From assembly GCA_965217775.1 (NCBI GenBank), contig CBDCJH010000002.1, positions 4,032,001 to 4,096,000 on the forward strand: a DNA stretch of 64,000 nt, written 5' to 3'. The notes below the pieces were generated by a model, which ran no database searches, was not told where the DNA came from, and saw nothing but the letters and a program-made list of their open reading frames with translations. Within the stretch, counting starts at the first letter, position 1. Each line of letters starts with the position of its first letter. Below, piece by piece: positions 30,314 to 39,650 of this stretch. A program made the translations under genes and the position numbers. The DNA comes from Acidobacteriota bacterium (GTDB lineage Bacteria; Acidobacteriota; UBA6911; RPQK01; JAJDTT01).

Positions 30314-31330
30314 ATGGCAGAAGCGAAAGGCAAGCTGAAACGGGATCGTTTCTACACCGAAGACGACGCCGACCTCGGGCTGATCAAGGATCGCCGGATC
30401 GCCGTCCTGGGGTACGGCAGCCAGGGGCACGCCCAGGCCCAGAACATGAGGGACCAGGGTCTCAATGTGATCGTCGGCAACATCGAAGACAGTTTCGCGG
30501 AACAGGCGCGGGGCGACGGGTTCGAGGTCGTTCCCATCACCGAAGCCGTCCAGCGCGGCCGGGTGATCCTGATGCTGATTCCCGACGAGGTCCAGCCCGC
30601 CGTCTACCGGTCCGATATCGGACCGCACCTGACCCCGGATCACACGCTGGTGTTTGCCAGCGGGTACGCCGTGCATTTCGGCCTCATCACACCGCCCGAC
30701 TTCCTGGACGTCATTTTGTCCGTTCCCACCTGCGTGGGCGCCATCGTCCGCGAACGCTACGCCCGGGGGCAGGGGGTCTTCGGTCACTTCGGCGTCCACC
30801 AGGATGTGACCGGCCAAGCCCACGATCTGGCCCTGGCCGTCTCCATGGGGATCGGCATCCTGCGCTTCGGCGTCACCGAAACCACGTTCGGCGACGAGGT
30901 CGCGGTCAATCTGTTCGCCGAGACCGCGGGCCTGAGCGGTATGATCAAGTATCTCTTGACCGCCTTCGAAGTGCTGGTGGAAGCGGGCTTTTCGGCCGAA
31001 AAGGCCTACGGCGAGACCTTCTACGAAATTCAGTTCCTCACCGAGTCCATATGCCGAATGCCCTTCGGCCAGGCGGTCGCCTTCGGATCGCCCACCGCCA
31101 CCTATCTGGCCCTGACCAAGACCGGCGACGTGGTCACCGAAGACGTCCGGGAGCGCATGCACCAGATGCTGGCCCGGATCAAGGCCGGCGAGCTGGTCCG
31201 CGACTGGAACCTGGAGCAGTTGGCCGGATGCCCGGTCCTGAACCAGTGCCGGAGGGAAATTCTGGAACACCCCATCAGCGAGGTGGAGAAGCTCTTTCTG
31301 GAACGGAAGCTGGCTTCAGGAGGCATCTAG
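30314..31330 (+). CDS. Divergent ketol-acid reductoisomerase (IlvC)-like protein
   Basis: GYGSQGHAQAQN, LIPDEVQ, ETTF. Several active-site motifs altered. Confidence 0.82.
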   Translation: MAEAKGKLKRDRFYTEDDADLGLIKDRRIAVLGYGSQGHAQAQNMRDQGLNVIVGNIEDSFAEQARGDGFEVVPITEAVQRGRVILMLIPDEVQPAVYRSDIGPHLTPDHTLVFASGYAVHFGLITPPDFLDVILSVPTCVGAIVRERYARGQGVFGHFGVHQDVTGQAHDLALAVSMGIGILRFGVTETTFGDEVAVNLFAETAGLSGMIKYLLTAFEVLVEAGFSAEKAYGETFYEIQFLTESICRMPFGQAVAFGSPTATYLALTKTGDVVTEDVRERMHQMLARIKAGELVRDWNLEQLAGCPVLNQCRREILEHPISEVEKLFLERKLASGGI

Positions 31331-31625
31331 ACCGAACATCCAGCCTGTTTGATCATTTTCCAGCTCAAAGTCGTTGGGAAGACTGGACCACAATTCGCGG
31401 CGTTGAACTCTTGTGGTGAGTCCTCACTTTTTGTCCAGAAGTATCCGAGGACCCCTTCGTCCAATCACCACGGAAGTCCCAATGACTAACGACATTATCA
31501 AACCAAGCCTCGACGAACTGGTCGGCACGTCGAAGAGACGTCATTCCTTTGATCGGCGGCGTTTGCGGCGAATCCGGTAACCAGCCGTGCAGCCAGGCTA
31601 CACAGGCTGTAGGAGGAATTGAGGC

Positions 31626-31832
31626 TTGAGGTACAAGCCATCCCGTGCCGTGGCGCTCCTTCGAACCGGCGTTGCCGATCCTGACGCCCGGTTCCGCGCT
31701 GGTCAGGAACGGGCCATCCGGCATGTCGTAGACTCCCGATGGACCTTCACGGTTGGCGCCTGGGAGCTTCGCCGACGCGGATGCGCCGCGGTTTGGCCCT
31801 TGGCGCTTGCCGATGCTGGAGGTAGGCAATGA
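31626..31832 (+). pseudogene. Internally deleted RecQ-like helicase-PRTase (RqlH-like) relic
   Basis: N-terminal 'ARFRAGQERAI' (RecQ Q-motif-like) joined directly to C-terminal 'VDSRWTFTV...VWPLALA' (PRTase tail). Confidence 0.65.
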
Positions 31833-32122
31833 ATAACTGCGATATGGATCTCTCCTTGAACACCAAGGCGATCCTGCTATTGACGGCGCCCCTGATCGCC
31901 GGCGGAAAGAGGCGGGAAACAAGACCTCTCACTGCCGGCGAGTACAACAAGCTTGCCGGTCGTTTACATGCTCTTCGAGTCCAACCGGCCGATCTGCTCC
32001 ATGGCACTGTGGACTCTCTGCTTGAGGAATGTCGCGCCGTGGCGGACAGGGCTCGGCTCACGGCGTTGCTGGGCAGGGGATTCGCGCTGACCCAAGCCGC
32101 TGGTTGCGGAAGGGATTATTGA
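31829..32122 (+). pseudogene. N-terminal fragment of a DprA-like (RqlI-like) protein
   Basis: LSLNTKAILLLTAPL...PLT.GEY..L...RL.ALLGRGFAL. Truncated before the DprA core. Confidence 0.65.
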
Positions 32123-32468
32123 GAAGCAAACCCGACCCGTGAGATACGTTCGTTCGACGGATCGCCTGTTTCAGGATAAACGCTCCGCCGAAACCGGCGT
32201 CGACATCAATCCAATGGCAGCCGGGAAGTGACCAGCAAAACCTGCGAACACGACCGACGGTCTACCGGGCCACTGCTTCCTGACCCACCTGGAGGATCTG
32301 GCGACCATCTTCCCAAATCAGGTGGTTCCCGAAATCCCCGAGTCCCCGTCCTTTTCACTCATGACGCGACCAGCCCCGTTCCTACACCAGGTGTTGGATC
32401 GACTTGGAGTTCGGCGATAGCTTTAGCCGGTCGCTTCGCCGACCCAGAACCCGTACCTGGGCCTGGAA

Positions 32469-33554
32469 TCAGGGCACGCCTTCCCAGACCTCGGCCAAAT
32501 GGCCACTCCACCCCAGGATGAACATGGCGGAGATCAGGATCACGACGGCGATGCCCATGACTTCGAGCGGTTTCCTGCCGCTCCCGGCCCATTCGCCGCT
32601 GAGCGCGCCCCAGAGATTGGCGCTCAGGATTCCCATCGAGGAGAGCATGGGGAAGCCGATCACCTCACCCAGGTTGCCGATCTTCCAGGTGCCGACCCCG
32701 TAAAGCAGCAGCCCCATGGGGCCCAGCAGTCCCATGCCCAGGCCGATGACGTAGTCCCGGGAGGGTGGCAGGAACAGCCCCCAGGTCTTTTTCCTGGTGA
32801 TGACGTAGGCGCAGTAGGCCGCATTGACCAGGGAGCCGGCCGTCATCCCGATGGCCCAGATCACGTTCAGGGCCAGAAAGGGCAGGGTGCCGCGCTGCTC
32901 GGCCAGTTCGGCCAGGGGAGCCCCGTAGGCGAAACTCAGATTGATCATGGGATTGAGGAGGCCCGAGAGAACGGCCGCGATCACGCCGTACTTGACGTGA
33001 ATGTCGAGCCGCCACTGCTTGACCTCGCCGCCCGCCGAGCCGGCCTCCGCCGGGGCCGTGTGTTTGTCCTTGAGGTGCCCGGCCCAGGAACAGAACACGA
33101 CTCCCACCACCGCCAGCAGGACGCCGCCCATGATGATCCGTCCCTGCATGGTGAAGACATCGTCGGGGTGGAGCAGCACCAGGGGAGACAGGGACCCGAC
33201 CGCCGCCCCCAACCCGGTGGCGATGGCGTAACTCAGGCCCATGCCCGCCATCTTCAAGGCGAGTCCGAAGAAGACTGCCCCGAATCCGAAACCAAAACCG
33301 AAGATGAAGACCCGGAAGATATCGAGGCCGGACGCTTCCGCCAGCACGCCCATGAAGTCGTTGACCGTGAAAAAACTCAGGATCCAGGGCATGAAGCAGA
33401 AGGAGATGACCGAATACACCATCCAGAGGTGCTCCCACCTCCAGACCCGGATCCACTTCAGGGCCAGCCCGAGCCCGCCGTCAATGAAGGCGCCCAGGGA
33501 GATCAGGGCAATGCCGATAACGATATGGGCGGAGTCTCCAAACATTTCGAACAC
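32469..33554 (-). CDS. RhaT-like (L-rhamnose/H+ symporter family, DMT) transporter
   Basis: About 10 hydrophobic segments, W.WE..W, GMGL.Y.I..GL, C-terminal GEW.G. Confidence 0.8.
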   Translation of the reverse strand: MFEMFGDSAHIVIGIALISLGAFIDGGLGLALKWIRVWRWEHLWMVYSVISFCFMPWILSFFTVNDFMGVLAEASGLDIFRVFIFGFGFGFGAVFFGLALKMAGMGLSYAIATGLGAAVGSLSPLVLLHPDDVFTMQGRIIMGGVLLAVVGVVFCSWAGHLKDKHTAPAEAGSAGGEVKQWRLDIHVKYGVIAAVLSGLLNPMINLSFAYGAPLAELAEQRGTLPFLALNVIWAIGMTAGSLVNAAYCAYVITRKKTWGLFLPPSRDYVIGLGMGLLGPMGLLLYGVGTWKIGNLGEVIGFPMLSSMGILSANLWGALSGEWAGSGRKPLEVMGIAVVILISAMFILGWSGHLAEVWEGVP

Positions 33555-33716
33555 CTACTTTCGGGCTCGCCCGGGAGGGGAGGGCATGGGATCGGTAACG
33601 TCGCCGCGCGGTGCAGGCGATCTCGTTGATCAGGAGTCTACATGGGGGAACGAGGAAAGAAAAAAAAGAAAAGAGGAAGGAGAGAAGGGCATCGGGGCGA
33701 AGGCCGGCACGTCCCC

Positions 33717-33742
33717 GTAGGGACACTCCTCGTGGGTGCCCT
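33717..33742 (+). repeat. GTAG-type REP-like palindrome
   Basis: gtagggacactcctcgtgggtgccct. Related copy at 39738-39763 on the minus strand. Confidence 0.6.
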
Positions 33743-33795
33743 CGTTCATTCACCGCGCATCTCCATTCGATTCCTGGTTCTCCGGCATAGATGCA

Positions 33796-33848
33796 CTTTT
33801 ACTATCAATAGCGAATAACGGCTTACAATTTTCTATTGATAGTAAAAG
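33796..33848. promoter_or_regulatory. Perfect 16-bp inverted repeat with 21-nt spacer in a divergent promoter region
   Basis: cttttactatcaatag (33796-33811) and ctattgatagtaaaag (33833-33848). Confidence 0.7.
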
Positions 33849-34027
33849 CGGTTCAAGACAAGGAGAACAACCGAGTCGCAGTCGGCGCAGGACCTCGGCG
33901 CTTGCTCGATGATGTGTTGGGAGGTCGGGGGGTCGAAGCGTGCCACTGCAACTTCCTCGGCTTGGGGGTTTCCGATCTGCAATACTGGGGAAACCGACAA
34001 CCGGCCCGTCGCACTGGAGGACGAGGA

Positions 34028-35359
34028 TTGCGGTCCAGCCAACAATTTACACGGCGCGAATTGCTCAGACGCGGTGTCATGACCGCGGGAACGGCGGCGG
34101 CGGCGCCCTTCGTGGACAGTTGCGGGCCGGGGGGCGCGCCGGACGGCGACCCGGACCGGCTCACCCTCCGAACCTGGAGTCCGGACACCCGTGACGCGGC
34201 ACTGGCCTCGGAGAGATGGTGGCATGGCGCCTTCATGGCCGCCCATCCTCAGTTGCGGGTGGAGCAGCTGACGGTCCCCTACGACGAGGACACGGTCAAG
34301 CTCAAGGCCGCGCACCGCGCCGGGACCAGCGTCCCGGACATCCTCTGGACCTACAATCAGAACCTCTACGCCTACGGTCTCGAAGGGCTGGTCCGTCCGA
34401 TCAACGACCTCATGTCCCGGATCGGCCTGGACCGCTATCCACAGCAGGTTCTGGACGGGATCCGGGTGGACGGGACCTACTATTCCGTTCCCTTCGTCGG
34501 CTTCCCCTTTTTCATCTACTGCCGGAAGGACCTCTACGCCGCCAAGGGACTGCGTCTCCCCGAGACGCATGAGGAACTGCTGGAGAACGTGGCTGCCCTC
34601 CACGATCCGCCCGACCGCTACGGCTACCTGCTGACGAACCAGTACATCGCCGACACCTTCAACCTCAAGACGGCCATGTGGACCCACGGAGCCTATTTCT
34701 TCGACGCCGGGGACAACCTGGCGTTGGACCGGCCCCAGACACTCCAAGCCTGGGCCTTCTACAAGGAGCTGGGGAAATACTCCCCACCCGGTTCGATGGC
34801 CCAGGGCGACCTGGAGAGCCGGGAGCTGATGCTGGACGGCCGGGTCGCCCACATGTTCACCACCACCAGCTTCGCCGCCGACTTCGGCCCCGAGGACATG
34901 AACCGTCAGGGGGCGTTCGCGTACCCCATCCAGCCCGGGGCCAAGGGAGCGTCCCTGGACTTCAATGCTCTCTCCCTGCCGGCCCGGTCGAAACAACCCG
35001 AACTGGCCAAGGACATGATCGGATTCCTCCTGGAGCCGGAGAACTTCCAGGAATTTCTGACCCGGACCGTGGTGGGATGGGTTCCCATGCTGGAGGACGC
35101 CTGGACCGGCCGGTATCTGAATCATCCCCGGATCGCGGCGGTGAGGGAGTACCTGGAAGTGGGCCGAGTCTCGCAGAAGACCGGGATCGTCTCCACCGGG
35201 TATTTCGGTCCTTCCCGGCACTCCGGAGTCCTGATCGCCACCGACATCGAAAAACAGATCGGAGACCGCCTGGTGGTCTTCGACCAGAGTACCGAGGAGG
35301 TCCTGGAATGGGCCGACTCGGTGCTGCGGAAAGCACTTGCCCAGGAGTCTGCGCCGTAG
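34028..35359 (+). CDS. Carbohydrate ABC transporter substrate-binding protein (Tat lipoprotein-like; start uncertain)
   Basis: TRRELL...SCG, PDI, DGTYYSVP, RKDL...GL..PET.EEL motifs. Confidence 0.88.
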   Translation: MRSSQQFTRRELLRRGVMTAGTAAAAPFVDSCGPGGAPDGDPDRLTLRTWSPDTRDAALASERWWHGAFMAAHPQLRVEQLTVPYDEDTVKLKAAHRAGTSVPDILWTYNQNLYAYGLEGLVRPINDLMSRIGLDRYPQQVLDGIRVDGTYYSVPFVGFPFFIYCRKDLYAAKGLRLPETHEELLENVAALHDPPDRYGYLLTNQYIADTFNLKTAMWTHGAYFFDAGDNLALDRPQTLQAWAFYKELGKYSPPGSMAQGDLESRELMLDGRVAHMFTTTSFAADFGPEDMNRQGAFAYPIQPGAKGASLDFNALSLPARSKQPELAKDMIGFLLEPENFQEFLTRTVVGWVPMLEDAWTGRYLNHPRIAAVREYLEVGRVSQKTGIVSTGYFGPSRHSGVLIATDIEKQIGDRLVVFDQSTEEVLEWADSVLRKALAQESAP

Positions 35360-35502
35360 GAATGATCGTAGCGAGAAAGTGGGGAATCGAGGCCAGATTT
35401 TCTCGATTTGGAGGTGCATAGTCGTTCTATTCGCCGAGAAATCGAGGAAATATGGACCGATTCACCGCTTTCGCAGTAGATCAATTTCTGCGGCGCAGGC
35501 TC
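35345..35502. mobile_element. MITE family B, copy 1 (158 bp), overlapping the end of the substrate-binding gene
   Basis: TIRs gagtctgcgccgtaggaatgatc / gatcaatttctgcggcgcaggctc. Flanks CCAG / CTAG. Second copy at 51411. Confidence 0.88.
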
Positions 35503-35521
35503 CTAGAGTTTCGGATCCTGG

Positions 35522-36406
35522 ATGCGCGCCGCAGACTTGAAGCACAGCGTCTACGTGCAGGTCGCCGGGGTGGTCCTGACGGCTCCCGCCATTCTGCTGC
35601 TGTCGCTGGTGGTCGTGCTCCCGTTCATCACCGCGGCTTGGTGGAGCCTCTCACCCGAACCGGGTTCGGATCCGACCCTGGCCGGCTATCGCTGGCTCCT
35701 GGACCCCGCGTTCTTCGACGCCTTCAAGCACAGCCTGTACATCGGCGTGTTCTCGGTTCTCCTGGAGCTCCTGATCGCCATTCCGGCAGCGATCCTGCTC
35801 AACCAGGCCATCCCGGCGCGCGGCTTCTGCCGGGCGGCCCTGATGCTGCCCTGGGCCGTTCCCACGATTGCCGTCGCCGCCGCGTTCCTTTGGCTGGCCA
35901 ACACCAACTACGGGCTGTTCAACCAGTTGGGACTCGCGCTCGGGCTGCTGGACGCCCCCATCGCGTTTCTGGGATCTCCGGCGCTGGCGCTGCCCAGCGT
36001 GATCGTGGCGCACGCCTGGAAAGGCCTGCCGCTCGTCTTCGTCATCATTCTGTCCGCTCTCCAATCGCTCCCTCCCGAACTGATGGAAGCGGCCCGGGTG
36101 GACGGCGCCGGCCGGATGGCTCAGTTCACCCATGTGATTCTGCCTCATCTCAAGCCCTCCATCGCCTTGGCGGCGGTGCTCTCGGGGATTTACAACTTCT
36201 CCCTCTTCGACATCACCTTCCTGTTGACCAGGGGCGGACCGGCGGGCGAGACCACGACCCTTCCCCTGCTGCTCTACACCCAGGAGTTCAAGGCTCTGGA
36301 CACGGGGCGGGCGGCGGTGGTGGGAGTCTCGATCTTCGCCGCAGGACTGATGGCGCTGGCGGCACTGAGTTGGAGCTCGTTCAGCAGGGAGACCAGGGGA
36401 ACCTGA
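35522..36406 (+). CDS. Carbohydrate ABC transporter permease
   Basis: EAARVDGA loop, TRGGP. Confidence 0.92.
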   Translation: MRAADLKHSVYVQVAGVVLTAPAILLLSLVVVLPFITAAWWSLSPEPGSDPTLAGYRWLLDPAFFDAFKHSLYIGVFSVLLELLIAIPAAILLNQAIPARGFCRAALMLPWAVPTIAVAAAFLWLANTNYGLFNQLGLALGLLDAPIAFLGSPALALPSVIVAHAWKGLPLVFVIILSALQSLPPELMEAARVDGAGRMAQFTHVILPHLKPSIALAAVLSGIYNFSLFDITFLLTRGGPAGETTTLPLLLYTQEFKALDTGRAAVVGVSIFAAGLMALAALSWSSFSRETRGT

Positions 36407-37308
36407 TGGGCGCCGATACCCGAGGAGTGCTCGACTCAGGCCCCGGACGGACGATCCCTACCGCCTCAGCCAACCGGCGGCGGCGCTCCCGCATGCTGGC
36501 GTTTCTGGCGCTGGTCATGACTCTGGCGATCCTCTTCCCGTTCCTCTGGATCGTGCTCTCCTCCTTCCGGGACCCCCAGAACTTCCTGACCTTGGATCTG
36601 CGAGATGCCCTGCCGCGAAGCCTGGACCTCTCCAGTTACCGTCTGGCCCTGGGCCGCACCGATCTCTTCCATTGGGTGGCGAACAGCCTGCTGGTGGCGG
36701 CTTCGACGACGGTTCTGTCGCTGCTGGTCTCGGCGCCGGCGGCCTTCGCCCTGAGCCGCCTCGAGTTTCGAGGCAAGGCGGCCGTGCAGTGGTTCAGCAT
36801 GATCAGCTATGCCGTGCCCTCCATCATCATCGTGGTCCCCCTGTTCCTGATCCTGGTGAAGCTGGGCCTGAACAACTCCTATGCCGGCCTGATCCTGGTC
36901 CACGCCACCTTCACCATCCCCTTCTCAACCTGGGTCCTGCGCGACTTCTACCGGTCGATTCCGCCCGACCTGGAGGAGGCGGGCTACGTGGACGGAGCCA
37001 ATCTGCTCCAGGTGCTCCGGTACATCGTCCTCCCCTTGTCGATCCCGGGCCTGCTGGCTGCGGGCGCCTACGCCTTCATCCTGTCCTGGAACGACTTCCT
37101 GTTCGCCCTTGTGATCATGGACGAAGCGGCCGCGTATACTGCCCCGGTGGGCGTGCACGCCTATTTCACCGGGCGGTTCCTGGGGGAATCGACCTGGGCC
37201 CAGTTGATGGCCGCATCCTCCATCGTCAGTCTTCCCAGTGTCCTCCTCTTCGGGTTCTTTCAGCGTTATCTGGTGTCCGGATTCCTCAGGTCGGGAGTGA
37301 AGGGATGA
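36406..37308 (+). CDS. Carbohydrate ABC transporter permease
   Basis: IPPDLEEAGYVDGA, SWNDF. Confidence 0.92.
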   Translation: MGADTRGVLDSGPGRTIPTASANRRRRSRMLAFLALVMTLAILFPFLWIVLSSFRDPQNFLTLDLRDALPRSLDLSSYRLALGRTDLFHWVANSLLVAASTTVLSLLVSAPAAFALSRLEFRGKAAVQWFSMISYAVPSIIIVVPLFLILVKLGLNNSYAGLILVHATFTIPFSTWVLRDFYRSIPPDLEEAGYVDGANLLQVLRYIVLPLSIPGLLAAGAYAFILSWNDFLFALVIMDEAAAYTAPVGVHAYFTGRFLGESTWAQLMAASSIVSLPSVLLFGFFQRYLVSGFLRSGVKG

Positions 37309-37323
37309 CGGAGGAGTCGACCG

Positions 37324-38418
37324 TTGGCTGAAGTCGGTCTGAAGGGGGTCACCAAGACCTACTCGGGAGACGTCCTCGCGGTGTCGGACCTGACCCTGCG
37401 GGTGGAGCACGGCCAGTTCGCGGTCCTCCTGGGGCCTTCCGGATGCGGCAAGTCCACGACGCTACGCTTGATCGCCGGGCTGGAGGAACCGGACCAGGGC
37501 GAGATTCTCATCGGCGGCGAGGTCGTCAATCACCTCCCTCCCCAGAAACGGGACCTGGCCATGGTGTTCCAGTCCTACGCCCTCTATCCCCACATGAACG
37601 TCGCTCGGAACATGGGATTCGGCTTGAAGATGCGCAGGGTGCCCGCGTCCGAAAGCCGGGACCGGGTCCGGGCCGCCGCCCGGCTCCTGGGCCTGGAAGA
37701 GCTGTTGGAACGCTATCCGAGCCAGCTTTCCGGGGGACAGAAGCAACGGGTGGCGCTGGGCCGCGCCATCGTGCGCAAACCGGCGGTGTTCCTGCTGGAC
37801 GAACCGCTCTCCAATCTGGATGCCCAGCTTCGGACCGAGACCCGCATCGAGTTGCTGAAGCTGCAACGGGACTTGCACGGCACCTTCATCCTCGTGACCC
37901 ACGACCAGGTGGAGGCGATGATGCTGGCGGACGTCATCGCCGTGATGAAGGACGGGACGCTGCAGCAGACGGGGACGCCGGAGGAGATCTACGCCGAACC
38001 GGCCAACCTGTTCGTGGCCGGTTTCGTCGGGTCCCCGCCCATGAACCTCGTTCCCGGGGAACTGGTGCGGGAAGACGGCGCCTGCTTCTTCCGAGGGGAG
38101 TTCTCCCTGCGCCTGTCCCGTCTGAATCGGGACCACCGCGTCCCCGAGCCGAACTCACCCATGGTCCTGGGCTTCCGTCCCGAGGCGGCGGGTGTCTCCT
38201 CCAGCGGCGACATTCGTTTGCGGGTCGAGCTGGTGGAGAACCGCGGAAGCCAGAAATTCCTCTACGGCTCCGCCGATGGTGGACAAAGGCTGAGTGTCGC
38301 CGCGGAGCCCAATTCTCCGGTCCGTTCCGGCGAGACCATTTCCATCACGATCGCTCCGGAAAGCCTCCTCTTCTTCGATGCCGCGACCGGAACACGGATC
38401 GGCCCGGAAACGGTCTGA
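37324..38418 (+). CDS. Carbohydrate ABC transporter ATP-binding protein (MalK/UgpC-like)
   Basis: GPSGCGKST, LSGGQKQR, LLDEPLSNLD. Confidence 0.93.
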   Translation: MAEVGLKGVTKTYSGDVLAVSDLTLRVEHGQFAVLLGPSGCGKSTTLRLIAGLEEPDQGEILIGGEVVNHLPPQKRDLAMVFQSYALYPHMNVARNMGFGLKMRRVPASESRDRVRAAARLLGLEELLERYPSQLSGGQKQRVALGRAIVRKPAVFLLDEPLSNLDAQLRTETRIELLKLQRDLHGTFILVTHDQVEAMMLADVIAVMKDGTLQQTGTPEEIYAEPANLFVAGFVGSPPMNLVPGELVREDGACFFRGEFSLRLSRLNRDHRVPEPNSPMVLGFRPEAAGVSSSGDIRLRVELVENRGSQKFLYGSADGGQRLSVAAEPNSPVRSGETISITIAPESLLFFDAATGTRIGPETV

Positions 38419-38424
38419 AGCGAG

Positions 38425-38490
38425 CGGCACCTCATCGCCGGGGATACGGCCCCACTCCTCAAAGCCCTGGTTCGAGGTCAGCATTGTCGG
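38425..38490 (-). pseudogene. Tiny IS21 IstB helper-ATPase relic
   Basis: 'TMLTSNQGFEEWGRIPGDEV' resembles the IstB TSN..F.EW....GD motif. Confidence 0.5.
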
Positions 38491-38580
38491 TCGGTGGCGG
38501 CGGGTTGGAGGGTAGACTGACGCGGCTCTCAACTGCCCCCTTGTGGAGCCGGGATTTGGTTTGAAGAGGAGGAGACAACC

Positions 38581-38958
38581 ATGAAGGAATACAAATACCA
38601 GGGTGAGCCGTTCCAGCTCGATGATTCGAAGGGTTGCTACGTGGAAGTCACCTGCAAGTACCTGACAGGGTACTTGGGGGTGAATCTCGGAGCCCGAGCG
38701 ACCGACCAGAATCCGTATGTCTGGGACACGGACAAGAGGCCCGAATTCTATGTGACGCCCAAGGGATTGAAGTACGGTATTAGCAGCGGTGCTGCATTTG
38801 AAGAGAACCTTGATGCCCTCTGTAATCGGTTGTTGCAGGAGTTCCAACTTGAAGAGGCCGCCAAGGCGTTTGACCGCAAGAAATACTGCGCCGAACTTCA
38901 CGACCGCGTAAAGAATCTGCCGGGAAGAGAGGGGGCAAAGCTCTATAGAGTCCAATAA
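38581..38958 (+). CDS. Hypothetical protein
   Basis: 125 aa with a strong GAGGAGGAG RBS. No recognised motif. Confidence 0.7.
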   Translation: MKEYKYQGEPFQLDDSKGCYVEVTCKYLTGYLGVNLGARATDQNPYVWDTDKRPEFYVTPKGLKYGISSGAAFEENLDALCNRLLQEFQLEEAAKAFDRKKYCAELHDRVKNLPGREGAKLYRVQ

Positions 38959-39116
38959 CAGCCCGTGGCAAAAGTCGTCACGGCATTCGACCGTCCCTGC
39001 ATCCCGGCGGACTGCGTTGCTATCGGCTCACATACTCCCGTTATGCTCCCTCATCGCGCCTTGTCCGGCGGGCGCAGGAACGGTCTCGGTGCTCGCGCGA
39101 CCTTCACCACGGACTG
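38959..39116. mobile_element. MITE family A, copy 3 (158 bp, TSD ATAA), inserted at a stop codon
   Basis: Same TIRs in the opposite orientation to copies 1 and 2. ataa on both flanks. More diverged centre. Confidence 0.92.
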
Positions 39117-39255
39117 ATAAAGCGCATTTATCGTACCCTGCCCCCCTGGAGGGGTCTGGCTTGGATTTTGAGAGCGGGGTCCGCCCCTGCCCCCGTGAGC
39201 GCCGCGAGCGGCGCCGACGGACTCGGGAGCATGAAAGGGAAGAGAAGGAGCGAAC

Positions 39256-39465
39256 ATGGAATATACGGCTATTGTGAAGCATCGGGGCGAGTGGTGGATC
39301 GGCTGGATTGAGGAAGTGCCCGGCGTGAATTGCCAGGAACGCACGCATGAGGAGTTGATTAATAGCCTCGCCGAAACGCTCTCCGGAGCACTTGAACTCA
39401 ACCGGCAGGATGCCCTGTCCGCTGCGGGAGACGATTACCTTGAGGAGAAGGTCGTTGTTGGATGA
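39256..39465 (+). CDS. hicB: Short HicB-family antitoxin
   Basis: YTAIV...WWIGWIEEVPGVNCQERT.EEL pattern. Confidence 0.82.
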   Translation: MEYTAIVKHRGEWWIGWIEEVPGVNCQERTHEELINSLAETLSGALELNRQDALSAAGDDYLEEKVVVG

Positions 39466-39650
39466 AGCGGATTGACCTATTGAGACACCTTCGAAAGCAG
39501 GGCTGCGAACTTGTGCGTGAAGGAGGAAGACACTCTTGGTGGCGAAATGATCGCGGTGACCGGCGTTCTGCAATTCCGCGCCACCAGGAAATCGACGACA
39601 TCCTGGCTCGAAAAATCTGCCGGGATCCCGGAGTCGATCAGGTCCGATAG
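39462..39650 (+). CDS. hicA: HicA-family toxin
   Basis: MKR.DLLRHL...GC.L.REGGRHS....IPRH.EI. ATGA overlap with hicB. Confidence 0.85.
   Translation: MKRIDLLRHLRKQGCELVREGGRHSWWRNDRGDRRSAIPRHQEIDDILARKICRDPGVDQVR

Noticed and set aside
31365-31922. 185-aa minus-strand ORF
   Set aside because: No motifs, and it overlaps the better-supported RqlH/RqlI-like relics on the plus strand.
39130-39240. GC-rich structured stretch as a possible oriT or ncRNA (also 56920-56975)
   Set aside because: No recognisable consensus and no relaxase nearby, so it cannot be supported from sequence alone.
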